Origin: an uncultured Deferribacteres bacterium
GTDB taxonomy: Bacteria; Zhuqueibacterota; Zhuqueibacteria; Zhuqueibacterales; Geothermadaptataceae
Length of the DNA stretch: 29,485 nt
NCBI GenBank assembly: GCA_964014485.1
Contig: CAXHAT010000088.1
Coordinates: 1 to 29,485 of the forward strand
Reading direction: 5' to 3'
In this document: positions 8,478 through 17,022 of the stretch, in pieces
Numbering within the stretch: position 1 is the first letter of the stretch
Layout of the letters: the number at the start of each line of letters is the position of its first letter
Position numbers and translations under genes: made by a program
Notes under the pieces: model-generated
Told to the model about the DNA's origin: nothing
Seen by the model: the letters and a program-made list of their open reading frames with translations, nothing else
Databases searched by the model: none

Positions 8478-8731
8478 GTTTCCTCCTTAAACGAGATGGG
8501 TTGGTAAAATTCGTGGATAAACCTACGCTCAAACGGCAAGTTTTCCAAATCAAAACAAACCTGGTTAATGCTGTAAAATTAACTCAGAGGGGCGCTCAAG
8601 GTTTGTGCGTGGCAGCGAGTATATCCGAGAACGCCTTCGAGAACAAAACGAAACAAACCTGCGCTTCGATCAAATATAAATGGCTTTGAATCAGGGCGAA
8701 GATTCTTAAATTACGCGCTTCGAAAACGGAG

Positions 8732-9478
8732 ATGAAAAGCCCAATGTACTGGAAAGACGCAGTTCTCTTGGTCGCGGGAAAAGGTGAGCGATTAGCCCCG
8801 CACACCAAAACCAAACCAAAGCCATTGACGGAAGTTAACGGCGTTCCCTTACTCAAAAATGCGATTGTTAACCTGAAAAGCGTTGGCGTCGAGCGCGTTC
8901 ATTTGGTCACAGGCCACTTGTGCGACGTTCTGATGGACGCCGTAAAAAGTTGGAAATTCGACATTGAAATCGATGAGATTTTCAGCGCGACTTTTGCCCA
9001 AACGAACAACATGTACTCTCTCTGGCTTGCTCGCGAAATCTTGCGGCAAGGTTGTTTTGTCGTCGAGGGCGACGTCTTTTTCGGGCCTGACTTTTTACCA
9101 AAACTCGATCTTCAATACTCGGAAACCAGCTATTGGTTCGCGGATGTTTTTACCGAAAATCTTGAAGGCTGCATGTTAACGACAAACGACGGCAGCCGCA
9201 TTTCAAAGCTGGAGATTATCCGACGGCAGCATCCCGAAAACTATGAAAACAAGTACAAATCGGCAGGAATTTTATCAGTTACGCCGGAATACGGCCGCAA
9301 GCTCACGCAATGGCTGTCCGATGACATTGAAAAAGGACGGACGGACGTCTACTTCGACCTCGTCGTTGCTGATCATCTTGCGGAGGCCGAGCTGCACGTA
9401 CTGAATATACACGGTTGTTCATGGATTGAGATTGACGACGAACGCGATCTCAGAATCGCCTCTCAAATGTCTTTTTGA
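8732..9478 (+). CDS. Nucleotidyltransferase, LicC/phosphocholine- or phosphonate-cytidylyltransferase-like
   Basis: LLVAGKGERLAPHTKTKPKPL, TNNMYSLWLA, VVEGDV, WIEIDDERDL. Confidence 0.88.
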   Translation: MKSPMYWKDAVLLVAGKGERLAPHTKTKPKPLTEVNGVPLLKNAIVNLKSVGVERVHLVTGHLCDVLMDAVKSWKFDIEIDEIFSATFAQTNNMYSLWLAREILRQGCFVVEGDVFFGPDFLPKLDLQYSETSYWFADVFTENLEGCMLTTNDGSRISKLEIIRRQHPENYENKYKSAGILSVTPEYGRKLTQWLSDDIEKGRTDVYFDLVVADHLAEAELHVLNIHGCSWIEIDDERDLRIASQMSF

Positions 9479-9491
9479 TCGCAATTCGCTT

Positions 9492-10709
9492 ATGAAATAT
9501 ATCATCATCATCGGCGACGGGATGGGAGACTTGCCGATTCCTGAACTGGGCGGCAAAACCCCGCTTGAAGCAGCCGCAACGCCGCACATCGACAGGATTG
9601 CAAATCTGGGCTGCGTCGGCTTGATGCAAACCGTTTTTAACAATCTCCCAATCGGCAGTATCGTGGCGAACATGGGGATTCTGGGATTTGACCCTTACGA
9701 ATATTATCCGCACGGGCGCGCTTCTTTTGAGGCTCTCGCGCAAAACGTGACCATCAATGAAAATGACCTGGCGTTTCGCTGCAATCTCATTTCCCTTGAC
9801 GGAGATCGCGTTCAGGATTTCACAGCGGGCATGATTCCGGATGATCAGGGACGCGCCTTGCTGGAACGGCTCGAAATCGATCAAAATACGCTCAAAATTG
9901 AAATTTATCCGGGAATGAGCTACCGTAATTTGCTTATTGTTCGCAATGCCGGCGTTTCCGCTGAAGAAATTACATGTTTCGAGCCGCACATGAATATCGG
10001 CGAAACGATTCATGATATTTTGCCGCACGGCCGCAGCGTAGAATCGCGACGCCTTGTCCCAATTTTACGTCAAGTTATGGCTGATTCTCGCACGCAATTT
10101 TGCGAGCTCAACAAAACGCTGAAAACAAAAGCCGATATGCTCTGGCTTTGGAGTCCTTCTTCCCCGCCGAATATGCCGGACATGCTGGATTTCAGAGGCG
10201 TTTCCGGAGGGATCGTTTGCGGCATGGATTTTTTGAAAGGGGTCGGCGAAGCGTGCGGGATGCGTTTCGAGCATATTCCCGGCGCAAACGCTTATATCGA
10301 CACGAATTACGAAGGAAAACTGGATTCGGCTAAACGGTTTTTACAAGACCTGGATTTCGTCTACGTCCACATTAATGCGCCGGACGAAGAAGCGCATCAA
10401 CGCGACGTTCAGGGAAAAATAAAATCTATTGAATTGATAGATGAAAAGATCGTTGGGCCGCTCCTGGAATACTGCGACGAGAATTGGTCTGAAAACTACC
10501 GTCTGATGATTTTGCCGGATCATTACACGCTCCTGAGCGACGGGCGGCACACGGCGCACGACGTTCCGGCGGCGATCTTCGGCAAGGGCGTCGTTAAAGA
10601 CGGAGCGATGCGCCTAAATGAAACTGAAGCTGCCGCAAGCCAAAATCATTTTGGGCGCAGCTATCAATTCTTTCCAAAATTTCTGCACGATGAGACAATT
10701 GGAGCATGA
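9492..10709 (+). CDS. ApgM-like cofactor-independent phosphoglycerate mutase family metalloenzyme (alkaline phosphatase superfamily)
   Basis: ATG 9492 MKYIIIIGDGMGD; GKTPLEAAATPHID; GSIVAN (catalytic Ser position); AFRCNL; HINAPDEEAH; PDH; GRH. Confidence 0.88.
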   Translation: MKYIIIIGDGMGDLPIPELGGKTPLEAAATPHIDRIANLGCVGLMQTVFNNLPIGSIVANMGILGFDPYEYYPHGRASFEALAQNVTINENDLAFRCNLISLDGDRVQDFTAGMIPDDQGRALLERLEIDQNTLKIEIYPGMSYRNLLIVRNAGVSAEEITCFEPHMNIGETIHDILPHGRSVESRRLVPILRQVMADSRTQFCELNKTLKTKADMLWLWSPSSPPNMPDMLDFRGVSGGIVCGMDFLKGVGEACGMRFEHIPGANAYIDTNYEGKLDSAKRFLQDLDFVYVHINAPDEEAHQRDVQGKIKSIELIDEKIVGPLLEYCDENWSENYRLMILPDHYTLLSDGRHTAHDVPAAIFGKGVVKDGAMRLNETEAAASQNHFGRSYQFFPKFLHDETIGA

Positions 10710-11509
10710 GTTCTGACAACAAAGGATTCTGGGAACGACAATCCAAAAATTACAACACGGCATTCGAACAAACCGAGCCGTACGTGAAGTACCTTGAAAA
10801 AACGGAACGAAGGCGGCTTTTTCAAGTTTTGGACGTTCATCCGGAGATGACGGTGCTCGATCTTGGTTGCGGAACGGGCAGGTGGGCATTTGAGTTTGCG
10901 CAACGCTGCCAAAAAGTTGTGGCGGTCGATTTTGCTGAGGGGATGATTGAGCGTACGCGCCGGGAAGCGGAAAAGCGTGGATTCAGAAACATGGATTTTC
11001 ATGTCGCTCCGGTGCAAGAGTTCATAACTCATGATCGTTTCGATCTGATCATCATTTCCGGAGTATTGGTCTATTTTGAAGACGATGAATTGAGTAGCGT
11101 CATCCCAAACATCAAAAGTCTGCTTACAAGCGATGGAAAAATTGTGTCCAGAGAAACGGTCGGAATTGCGAAACGGCTTGACTTTCAGCAGGAGCATCAA
11201 AAAATCGGCGAAGAGTACGCCGCTGCGTATCGGACAGCAGAAGAATTGAAGAAGATGTTTGAAGCGTCCGGCTTGAGCAGAAGATTTGCCGGGGATTTCG
11301 CGCCGGTCAACTTTCCAATGATTTTTTATCGCAAATTCATCCCCGGTTCTCTCAAAAACACTCGGTCTGTCCTTGCCATTTTGAATTTTTTGCTAAAAAT
11401 CCAGCTTTTGTTCGATCCGATCCTGCTGCGTTTTCCCGTCCTTTACCGGCCCATACTTCACAAATTCTGGAAAATCAAATCTATGCTGTTCGTTTATGGA
11501 ATCGATTGA
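10706..11509 (+). CDS. Class I SAM-dependent methyltransferase
   Basis: VLDLGCGTGRW, VVAVDFAEGMIE, FDLIIISGVLVY; ATGA overlap with the upstream gene. Confidence 0.9.
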   Translation: MSSDNKGFWERQSKNYNTAFEQTEPYVKYLEKTERRRLFQVLDVHPEMTVLDLGCGTGRWAFEFAQRCQKVVAVDFAEGMIERTRREAEKRGFRNMDFHVAPVQEFITHDRFDLIIISGVLVYFEDDELSSVIPNIKSLLTSDGKIVSRETVGIAKRLDFQQEHQKIGEEYAAAYRTAEELKKMFEASGLSRRFAGDFAPVNFPMIFYRKFIPGSLKNTRSVLAILNFLLKIQLLFDPILLRFPVLYRPILHKFWKIKSMLFVYGID

Positions 11510-12302
11510 AGAACTGCAAAAAATTGTCGCGAAATCGAAGAAATCGCATTTTGCGCCTCGACACGATATTTTTGTGCGAAAGGTCTCGATTTACGTCACT
11601 TGGTTTCTGTTGCAAACGCCGCTTTCAGCAAACGCCGTAACGATTTTGCAGACACTTGTTGGCGTTGCGGGCGCATTTTTTCTTTGTTCGCAGAGTTTAG
11701 CTTGGGGATTTTTCGGCATTATTCTAATGCAGTTCGGCTACATCCTGGATTGCTGCGACGGCGAAATCGCGCGCTACCGAAAGCAGTCGAGTGTGAACGG
11801 CGTTTTTCTCGATCTGCTCGGACATGAAATTGTCATTCCGGCGATGTACATGGGTTTGGCCATCGGCGAATTTCAGCGCAATCCAGACGTCGCGCTTCTT
11901 ATTTTAGGCTTTTCCGCCGGTTTGTTTTCACTGCGGTTCGACATTTCCGCCATGTTCCAAACCGTCAACACGATGTTCATGAAATCGGACAATCCGAGCT
12001 ACAATTTTGAGGCGCTGGAAAAGCAGGAAACGAGCCGGACGACAGAGCTTTCAACTTCAAGACCGTCCATAATTCGGGTGCTTTTTCGATATCCTGAGTC
12101 GATGAACGTAATCACGGCAATTATGATCCTGGACGGCATTGGCGGTTGGTCTTTTGTTACAACTTTTTTATGGGTTTACGGCGTGCTCCTGCCCGCGGCG
12201 CGCGTCTGGTCGATTTATCAGATGATCAAAAATGGAGAAGTTGAGAAGAAATATCGGGAGATTGTCAATGCGATTTTGAGGAGTGAAAATCGGTCAGAAT
12301 AG
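11496..12302 (+). CDS. CDP-alcohol phosphotransferase family membrane protein
   Basis: SANAVT and LDCCDGEIARYRKQSSVNGVFLDLLGH signature (last Asp replaced by His); multiple TM segments. Confidence 0.9.
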   Translation: MESIEELQKIVAKSKKSHFAPRHDIFVRKVSIYVTWFLLQTPLSANAVTILQTLVGVAGAFFLCSQSLAWGFFGIILMQFGYILDCCDGEIARYRKQSSVNGVFLDLLGHEIVIPAMYMGLAIGEFQRNPDVALLILGFSAGLFSLRFDISAMFQTVNTMFMKSDNPSYNFEALEKQETSRTTELSTSRPSIIRVLFRYPESMNVITAIMILDGIGGWSFVTTFLWVYGVLLPAARVWSIYQMIKNGEVEKKYREIVNAILRSENRSE

Positions 12303-12312
12303 AGCCGAGCAG

Positions 12313-12366
12313 CTTGACAGAAAAATGTTTGGCGCAAAATAAAACTTGAGCCATTTTTCTGTCAAG
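12313..12366. terminator. Long hairpin between convergent genes (terminator or REP-like)
   Basis: Perfect 15-bp inverted repeat CTTGACAGAAAAATG / CATTTTTCTGTCAAG with an inner GGCGCAA/TTGAGCC stem. Confidence 0.6.
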
Positions 12367-12371
12367 TAAGC

Positions 12372-13061
12372 TTAAGCCGCCAAATTATATTTCTCGCCAG
12401 GTTTTAGAATTTTAGCTTGCCCGCCGCTTGCCGAGACTTTCTGAACAAACTCTTCGGCGTCGACTTCAATAAAGCCAAAAGTATCGTAATGAATCGGAAC
12501 CGTCACTTTCGGTTTTAGAAACTCGACCGCTTTGACGGCGTCGTCGATTCCCATGGTGAAATTATCGCCGATGGGCAGAAGGGCGAGATCGATTTCATTC
12601 ATCTCACCGATGAGTTTCATATCGTAAAAAAGCGCTGTGTCTCCAGCATGATAAAGCGTTTTCTCGCCGCTGGTCAAAAGAACGCCGGCGGGATTTCCCA
12701 TGTAAATCATCTCATCACCGTCCTGGTAGCTGCTGCCGTGGTGCGCAATGGTCAGTTTAACGCGGCCAAAATCGAAGTTCCACGCCCCGCCTAAATGCAT
12801 TGGATGCGCCTTACAACCCTTTTTCTCGCAAAAAGATGCAATTTCAAAATTGGAGATGACAGTCGCGTCATTGGCTTTCGCGATTTCAATCGTGTCGCCG
12901 AAATGGTCGTTGTGTCCGTGCGTGAGAATGATGTAATCACATTCAACTTCGTCGGCCTTTACCGTCGCCAACGGGTTGCCGGTCAAAAACGGATCGAAAA
13001 CGATTTTATGGCTTTGCGTTTCCACTATCGCGGCGGCATGTCCCCAGTAGGTCAGTTTCAT
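12372..13061 (-). CDS. UPF0173/YtkL-like metallo-beta-lactamase-fold hydrolase
   Basis: WGHAA, DPFLTGNP, LTHGHNDHFGD, YHAGDT, LPIGDNFTMG, PIHYDTF; ATG 13061 fits the GGAGA SD spacing. Confidence 0.93.
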   Translation of the reverse strand: MKLTYWGHAAAIVETQSHKIVFDPFLTGNPLATVKADEVECDYIILTHGHNDHFGDTIEIAKANDATVISNFEIASFCEKKGCKAHPMHLGGAWNFDFGRVKLTIAHHGSSYQDGDEMIYMGNPAGVLLTSGEKTLYHAGDTALFYDMKLIGEMNEIDLALLPIGDNFTMGIDDAVKAVEFLKPKVTVPIHYDTFGFIEVDAEEFVQKVSASGGQAKILKPGEKYNLAA

Positions 13062-13084
13062 CGCCAAAAGTCTCCGTCAAAAGT

Positions 13085-13639
13085 TTAGGTTGAACTCTGG
13101 TGAGCAATGAGGTTCATAAATTCTTCACGCGTTTTCGGGTCGTCTCGAAAGACGCCGTAAAGCGCGCTTGCCTTAACAACGGTATTTTGTTTTTCCACGC
13201 CCCTCATCATCATGCACAAATGGCGGGATTCCGTGACGACGGCAACTCCTGCCGGTTGGAGGTGTTTCATGAGCGTTTGCGCAATTTGCGTCGTCATGCG
13301 CTCCTGCACTTGCAGCCGCCGGGCGAAGACGTCGACGATGCGGGGCATTTTGCTCAGACCGATAATTTTACCGTCGGGGATGTAGCCGACGTGGCACTTT
13401 CCGTAAAACGGCAGCATATGATGCTCGCACATGCTGTAAAAATCGATGTCATTTACCAAAACCATCTCTTCGTAATTCTCAGTGAAGATGGCTTCATTGA
13501 TAATTCCATCAATATCGGCGCTATACCCGCCGGTGAGGTATTGCATGGCTTTTTCAACACGCTCCGGCGTTCGCAGTAAGCCTTCTCGTTGCGGGTCTTC
13601 CCCGATGGCGTGAAGAATTTCTTTTATATGTTCTTGCAT
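13085..13639 (-). CDS. folE: GTP cyclohydrolase I
   Basis: [50 protein letters not shown]. Start placed at ATG 13639. Confidence 0.97.
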   Translation of the reverse strand: MQEHIKEILHAIGEDPQREGLLRTPERVEKAMQYLTGGYSADIDGIINEAIFTENYEEMVLVNDIDFYSMCEHHMLPFYGKCHVGYIPDGKIIGLSKMPRIVDVFARRLQVQERMTTQIAQTLMKHLQPAGVAVVTESRHLCMMMRGVEKQNTVVKASALYGVFRDDPKTREEFMNLIAHQSST

Positions 13640-13664
13640 GAATTTCCGTTTATTGGTGAACCTT

Positions 13665-13985
13665 CTAATTTTCCCCACTCGCCAAAGTTTGCAGCTTCAA
13701 GTCTGCAACCGGCTCATTGCGCTCAAAATGCGATTCAACGATCCGAGTCAAATCGCTTTCATTAAAACCGGCGTACCAGAACCCTTCGGGATAGACGACC
13801 ATCGTCGGGCCTTGTTCACACGGACCAAGACAGGATGTTTCATTGATTTTTACTTCTTCCTGAAGTCCTTTTTCGTCAACAAGCTCTCGCAAGCGAGACA
13901 AAATTTCTCCGCTGTTTTTTCTGGCGCAAGAGTCCCCGCCAACAGGCGGTCTGTTCGTTGTGCAAACAAAAACGTGGTACTTCAA
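13665..13985 (-). CDS. Thioredoxin-like (2Fe-2S) ferredoxin
   Basis: HVFVCT...SC...[24 protein letters not shown] start with AGGAGA SD 8 nt upstream. Confidence 0.92.
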   Translation of the reverse strand: MKYHVFVCTTNRPPVGGDSCARKNSGEILSRLRELVDEKGLQEEVKINETSCLGPCEQGPTMVVYPEGFWYAGFNESDLTRIVESHFERNEPVADLKLQTLASGEN

Positions 13986-14031
13986 AAACGCTTTCTCCTA
14001 ACGATATTCCCGGTTGATTTATTTCATAAAC

Positions 14032-14056
14032 AAAAGGCGCACGAAATTGTGCGCCT
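14032..14056 (-). terminator. Intrinsic terminator
   Basis: Minus strand AGGCGCAC-aatttc-GTGCGCCT-TTT. Confidence 0.7.
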
Positions 14057-14216
14057 CAAAATTTTCAAAAACGGTCTAATCAAGCTGCTCTAAAAATTTC
14101 AGACATGGCGACCAGCGTCAAACGTTTCAGGATTTGACGACGGATCATCCATTTTATAGGCGATGATAAATATCGCACTCTGAAGTATCAAAATCTTAAA
14201 GCTCTCAGGTTAGCCC

Positions 14217-14462
14217 TTATTGGCCGTTGTTACTATGATCAAGACGAATATTGGTAGAAACGCGATCTGACATTTCCGTCATTTTTTGGTGACAACTTTT
14301 CGCTACCCTCATCACTTCACGCCACTCGCCTTCGATAACTACGCCGAAACGAGAGTTCTCATATTTTAGACCGCTTGCTTCAACAATCGTTTTCGCTTCA
14401 TCATAATATTTTTCCAAATTCTCGTCCGATGAGAGCGGTACAAAACTCAATTCTGCAATCAT
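14217..14462 (-). CDS. MTH1187/YkoF-like thiamine-binding protein family
   Basis: MIAELSFVPL, SGLKYE, IEGEWREVM, RVSTNIRLD; AAGGAG SD. Confidence 0.88.
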   Translation of the reverse strand: MIAELSFVPLSSDENLEKYYDEAKTIVEASGLKYENSRFGVVIEGEWREVMRVAKSCHQKMTEMSDRVSTNIRLDHSNNGQ

Positions 14463-14906
14463 TCAGTTATTCTCCTTAACAGATTCTACACTTTGTGGAA
14501 CAACACCTTCCACCCATACCGAACCGTCCGGCCCGAATTCTTTTTTCCAGATTGGAACTGTTTTTTTGAGGGCGTCAATTAAAAATCGGCAAGCTTCGAA
14601 AGCTTCTTTCCGATGCTCGCAGGCAACAGCTACGATCACGCTTGGCTCGCCCAACTCAAGCATGCCGATTCTGTGAACTAAAGCCATTTTTTTAATCGGC
14701 CATTTTTTCTCAGCAGCTTCGGCAAGCTTTTTCATTTCCTGCAGCGCCATCGATTCGAACGCTTCGTACGTCATGCGTTTCACTTGCCGACCGTCCGCCA
14801 TATCTCGAACGCGGCCAACAAATAATGCCGCGCCGCCCGCACTATTGTCTTCGACAGCCTGGTAGATTGCCGATAGGCTCAGCGGTTCTTTTGTAATTTT
14901 AATCAT
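14463..14906 (-). CDS. moaE: Molybdopterin synthase catalytic subunit
   Basis: GGAALFVGRVRD, YEAF, HRIGML, HRKEAFEAC, LKKTVPIWKKE. Confidence 0.96.
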   Translation of the reverse strand: MIKITKEPLSLSAIYQAVEDNSAGGAALFVGRVRDMADGRQVKRMTYEAFESMALQEMKKLAEAAEKKWPIKKMALVHRIGMLELGEPSVIVAVACEHRKEAFEACRFLIDALKKTVPIWKKEFGPDGSVWVEGVVPQSVESVKENN

Positions 14907-15154
14907 CCCCTTCCCCCGGCGATGGGAGGAATCAACGCCAATTCATCGCCATCAGAAATTGGGTCTTCAGCTCGCGCATATTCGCCGTTTCTAGCAAAGC
15001 TAATGATCGAGTGAGACTGTGCAAGTTGCGGATGTTGCTTTTCTATGACGGCCATGACGTCGCCGATCGTCTGAAAATTTTGCCATGACAGCGAAAAAGA
15101 TTCCGTTCCGGCTTTTTCTTTCAAGAGCGCGAAAAGTCTGACTTCTATAGCCAT
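14903..15154 (-). CDS. moaD: Molybdopterin synthase sulfur-carrier subunit
   Basis: VRLFALLKE, ARNGEY, DGDELALIPPIAGG followed by an extra RG; overlaps moaE by ATGA. Confidence 0.92.
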   Translation of the reverse strand: MAIEVRLFALLKEKAGTESFSLSWQNFQTIGDVMAVIEKQHPQLAQSHSIISFARNGEYARAEDPISDGDELALIPPIAGGRG

Positions 15155-15174
15155 ATTTTTGAAATGAAGTTTTT

Positions 15175-15831
15175 TTAATTCAAAATTGGATTCAGCGAAG
15201 CGTAATCGCGATGCTCTAAGAATTTGAGAAAAGCCAGGCTTTCATCCAAAAGTCGTTTGATGAAATGAAATCTCTTTTCGAGCGACGAGATTTCTAAAAG
15301 CCTTTGCTTATCTAACAAATCAACGTCGAGATAACTAGCGGCCTGGTTAATCAATCGTTCAAGATTCAACGTTTCGAACTTTTGAAACCATTGGTTGGCG
15401 TCTAATTTTAGAACGTGCTGAGAATATTTCTTCAAGTCGTTTTTAAGGTGTCCTGCCGCGCGTATTTTTTCAGCCTTGGTCCATAAAAAATCTTCATCTT
15501 CAAGATAATCCGGCTGCACGGAAAGGAGCGGGAAATCTTGAATAATGCGCTGAACTTTGAATTTTCTGACGCCGCGAATTTTAAGAATAAATCTGCCAAA
15601 CCCAATTTTTTCAAGCCCTTCGACCCGCCCGAGACACCCAACTTTCTTCCCGTTGTTTTTCACTTCAAAACCATCTTGGTCTTTGGGCGCAAAAATAAGC
15701 CCTAATGGCTGGTTGCTTAAAAATGCGGGGTGTAGGGAGCGGCTAAAAGTATCTTGGGCGACATGAATCGAAATATCACATTTCGGGAAAAGCACACGTT
15801 CCCGAAGCGGCAGGATCGGCAGTTCAACCAA
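15175..15831 (-). CDS. Stand-alone Lon protease N-terminal substrate-binding domain protein
   Basis: TTG 15831 with AGGAG SD; LPILPLRERVLFP, VGCLGRV, GVRKFKV, KQRLLEISSLEKR. Confidence 0.82.
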   Translation of the reverse strand: MVELPILPLRERVLFPKCDISIHVAQDTFSRSLHPAFLSNQPLGLIFAPKDQDGFEVKNNGKKVGCLGRVEGLEKIGFGRFILKIRGVRKFKVQRIIQDFPLLSVQPDYLEDEDFLWTKAEKIRAAGHLKNDLKKYSQHVLKLDANQWFQKFETLNLERLINQAASYLDVDLLDKQRLLEISSLEKRFHFIKRLLDESLAFLKFLEHRDYASLNPILN

Positions 15832-15841
15832 ACTCTCACTC

Positions 15842-16909
15842 CTAATTATCGATTTCCCTCCGCAGCTTGCGCGAGGCCCACAGGGCATGTTCTTTCAAAA
15901 GCTCGTCTTCACTTGTTGTAAACTTCTCGACTCCAGGCAACAAGCGTTTTAAACCGCTGTTTCCAGCCGCTACCAACGCGTTCCGGAGAAGCCCGCGTAA
16001 CTTCGTTCTTTTAACCGGCGATTTTCTAAATTGCTCACGAAAATTTTGTTCGTCTAACGCAAGGACGTTCTTAAGATGCGGGGCGAAATTCGTTGGTCGC
16101 GGAGCAAAAGATTCATCCGCGGTTGTCGGCGATTTGCGGTTCCACGGGCAAACATCCTGACAAATATCACAGCCGAAAATATGCTCTCCCACCCCGTCTC
16201 GGAATTCGGCGGGGGTTTCCTCACGATTTTCAATAGTAAGATAGGAAATGCATTTTCGTGCGTCAAGCACATACGGTTCGACCAGCGCGTCTGTCGGGCA
16301 GGCTTCAATGCAGCGAGAACATGTTCCGCAATGGTCAACGCCAGGTGCGTCATATTCTAATTCCAGCCTTGTGATAATGACGGACAAAAATGTAAAAGAA
16401 CCGACGTTTCTATTGATTAAACATGTATTTTTCCCAATCCAGCCGAGACCTGCAAGTTGCGCCCACACCTTTTCTGAAACCGGGCCTGTGTCCACATAAT
16501 AGCGGCCAACTTTGTTTTCTCCGCTTTCATTAACCATAAACTCATAGAGTTGCTTGATGCGGTTTTTCAACGTCTTGTGATAATCGTCGCCCCAGGCGTA
16601 GCGTGAAATCCAGCCTGAGCCAGCGCCGGCAGCCTCGTCCGAGTAAGGCGCATTAGTATTATAATTCGTGGCGCAAACGATGACTGACTTCGCATCTGGC
16701 ACAATGAGCTGCGGGTTTTGACGCTTTTCTTTCTGCTTCCAAAGCCAGCGCATCGAACCGGCGTAGCCGCGCCTCAGCCAAGCGTCAAAGAACAATAATT
16801 CCGGTGATTGTTGGACAGGAGCAACGCCGAAAAGGTCGAAACCGAGCTGCATGGCGAATCGTCGCAACTCTTGGGTCAACTTCCTTGTTTGGCTTTGCGG
16901 AGCAATCAC
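15842..16909 (-). CDS. queG: tRNA epoxyqueuosine(34) reductase
   Basis: ISRYAWGDDYH, VDTGPVSEK, GLGWIGKN, CGTCSRCIEACPT, CISYLTIE, GCDICQDVCPWN. Confidence 0.96.
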   Translation of the reverse strand: MIAPQSQTRKLTQELRRFAMQLGFDLFGVAPVQQSPELLFFDAWLRRGYAGSMRWLWKQKEKRQNPQLIVPDAKSVIVCATNYNTNAPYSDEAAGAGSGWISRYAWGDDYHKTLKNRIKQLYEFMVNESGENKVGRYYVDTGPVSEKVWAQLAGLGWIGKNTCLINRNVGSFTFLSVIITRLELEYDAPGVDHCGTCSRCIEACPTDALVEPYVLDARKCISYLTIENREETPAEFRDGVGEHIFGCDICQDVCPWNRKSPTTADESFAPRPTNFAPHLKNVLALDEQNFREQFRKSPVKRTKLRGLLRNALVAAGNSGLKRLLPGVEKFTTSEDELLKEHALWASRKLRREIDN

Positions 16910-17022
16910 AAAAAACGCCTGAGCATATGGTCGATTTGTAATAAGAAAGGAAGGAAACTACACTTTTTTGAGATGGGTCAAAACAATAATTGACAGGGTG
17001 TAACGGGAGCAAAATGAAAGGC

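Noticed and set aside
8501..8731. Small ORFs or a riboswitch in the divergent intergenic region
   Set aside because: No convincing SD or protein features, and no riboswitch consensus recognised by eye.
8732..12302. Calling the operon a phosphonate biosynthesis cluster
   Set aside because: No PEP mutase or phosphonopyruvate decarboxylase in the window; kept only as one possibility.
16910..17022. preQ1 riboswitch upstream of queG
   Set aside because: The aptamer consensus is not seen; only a weak hairpin.
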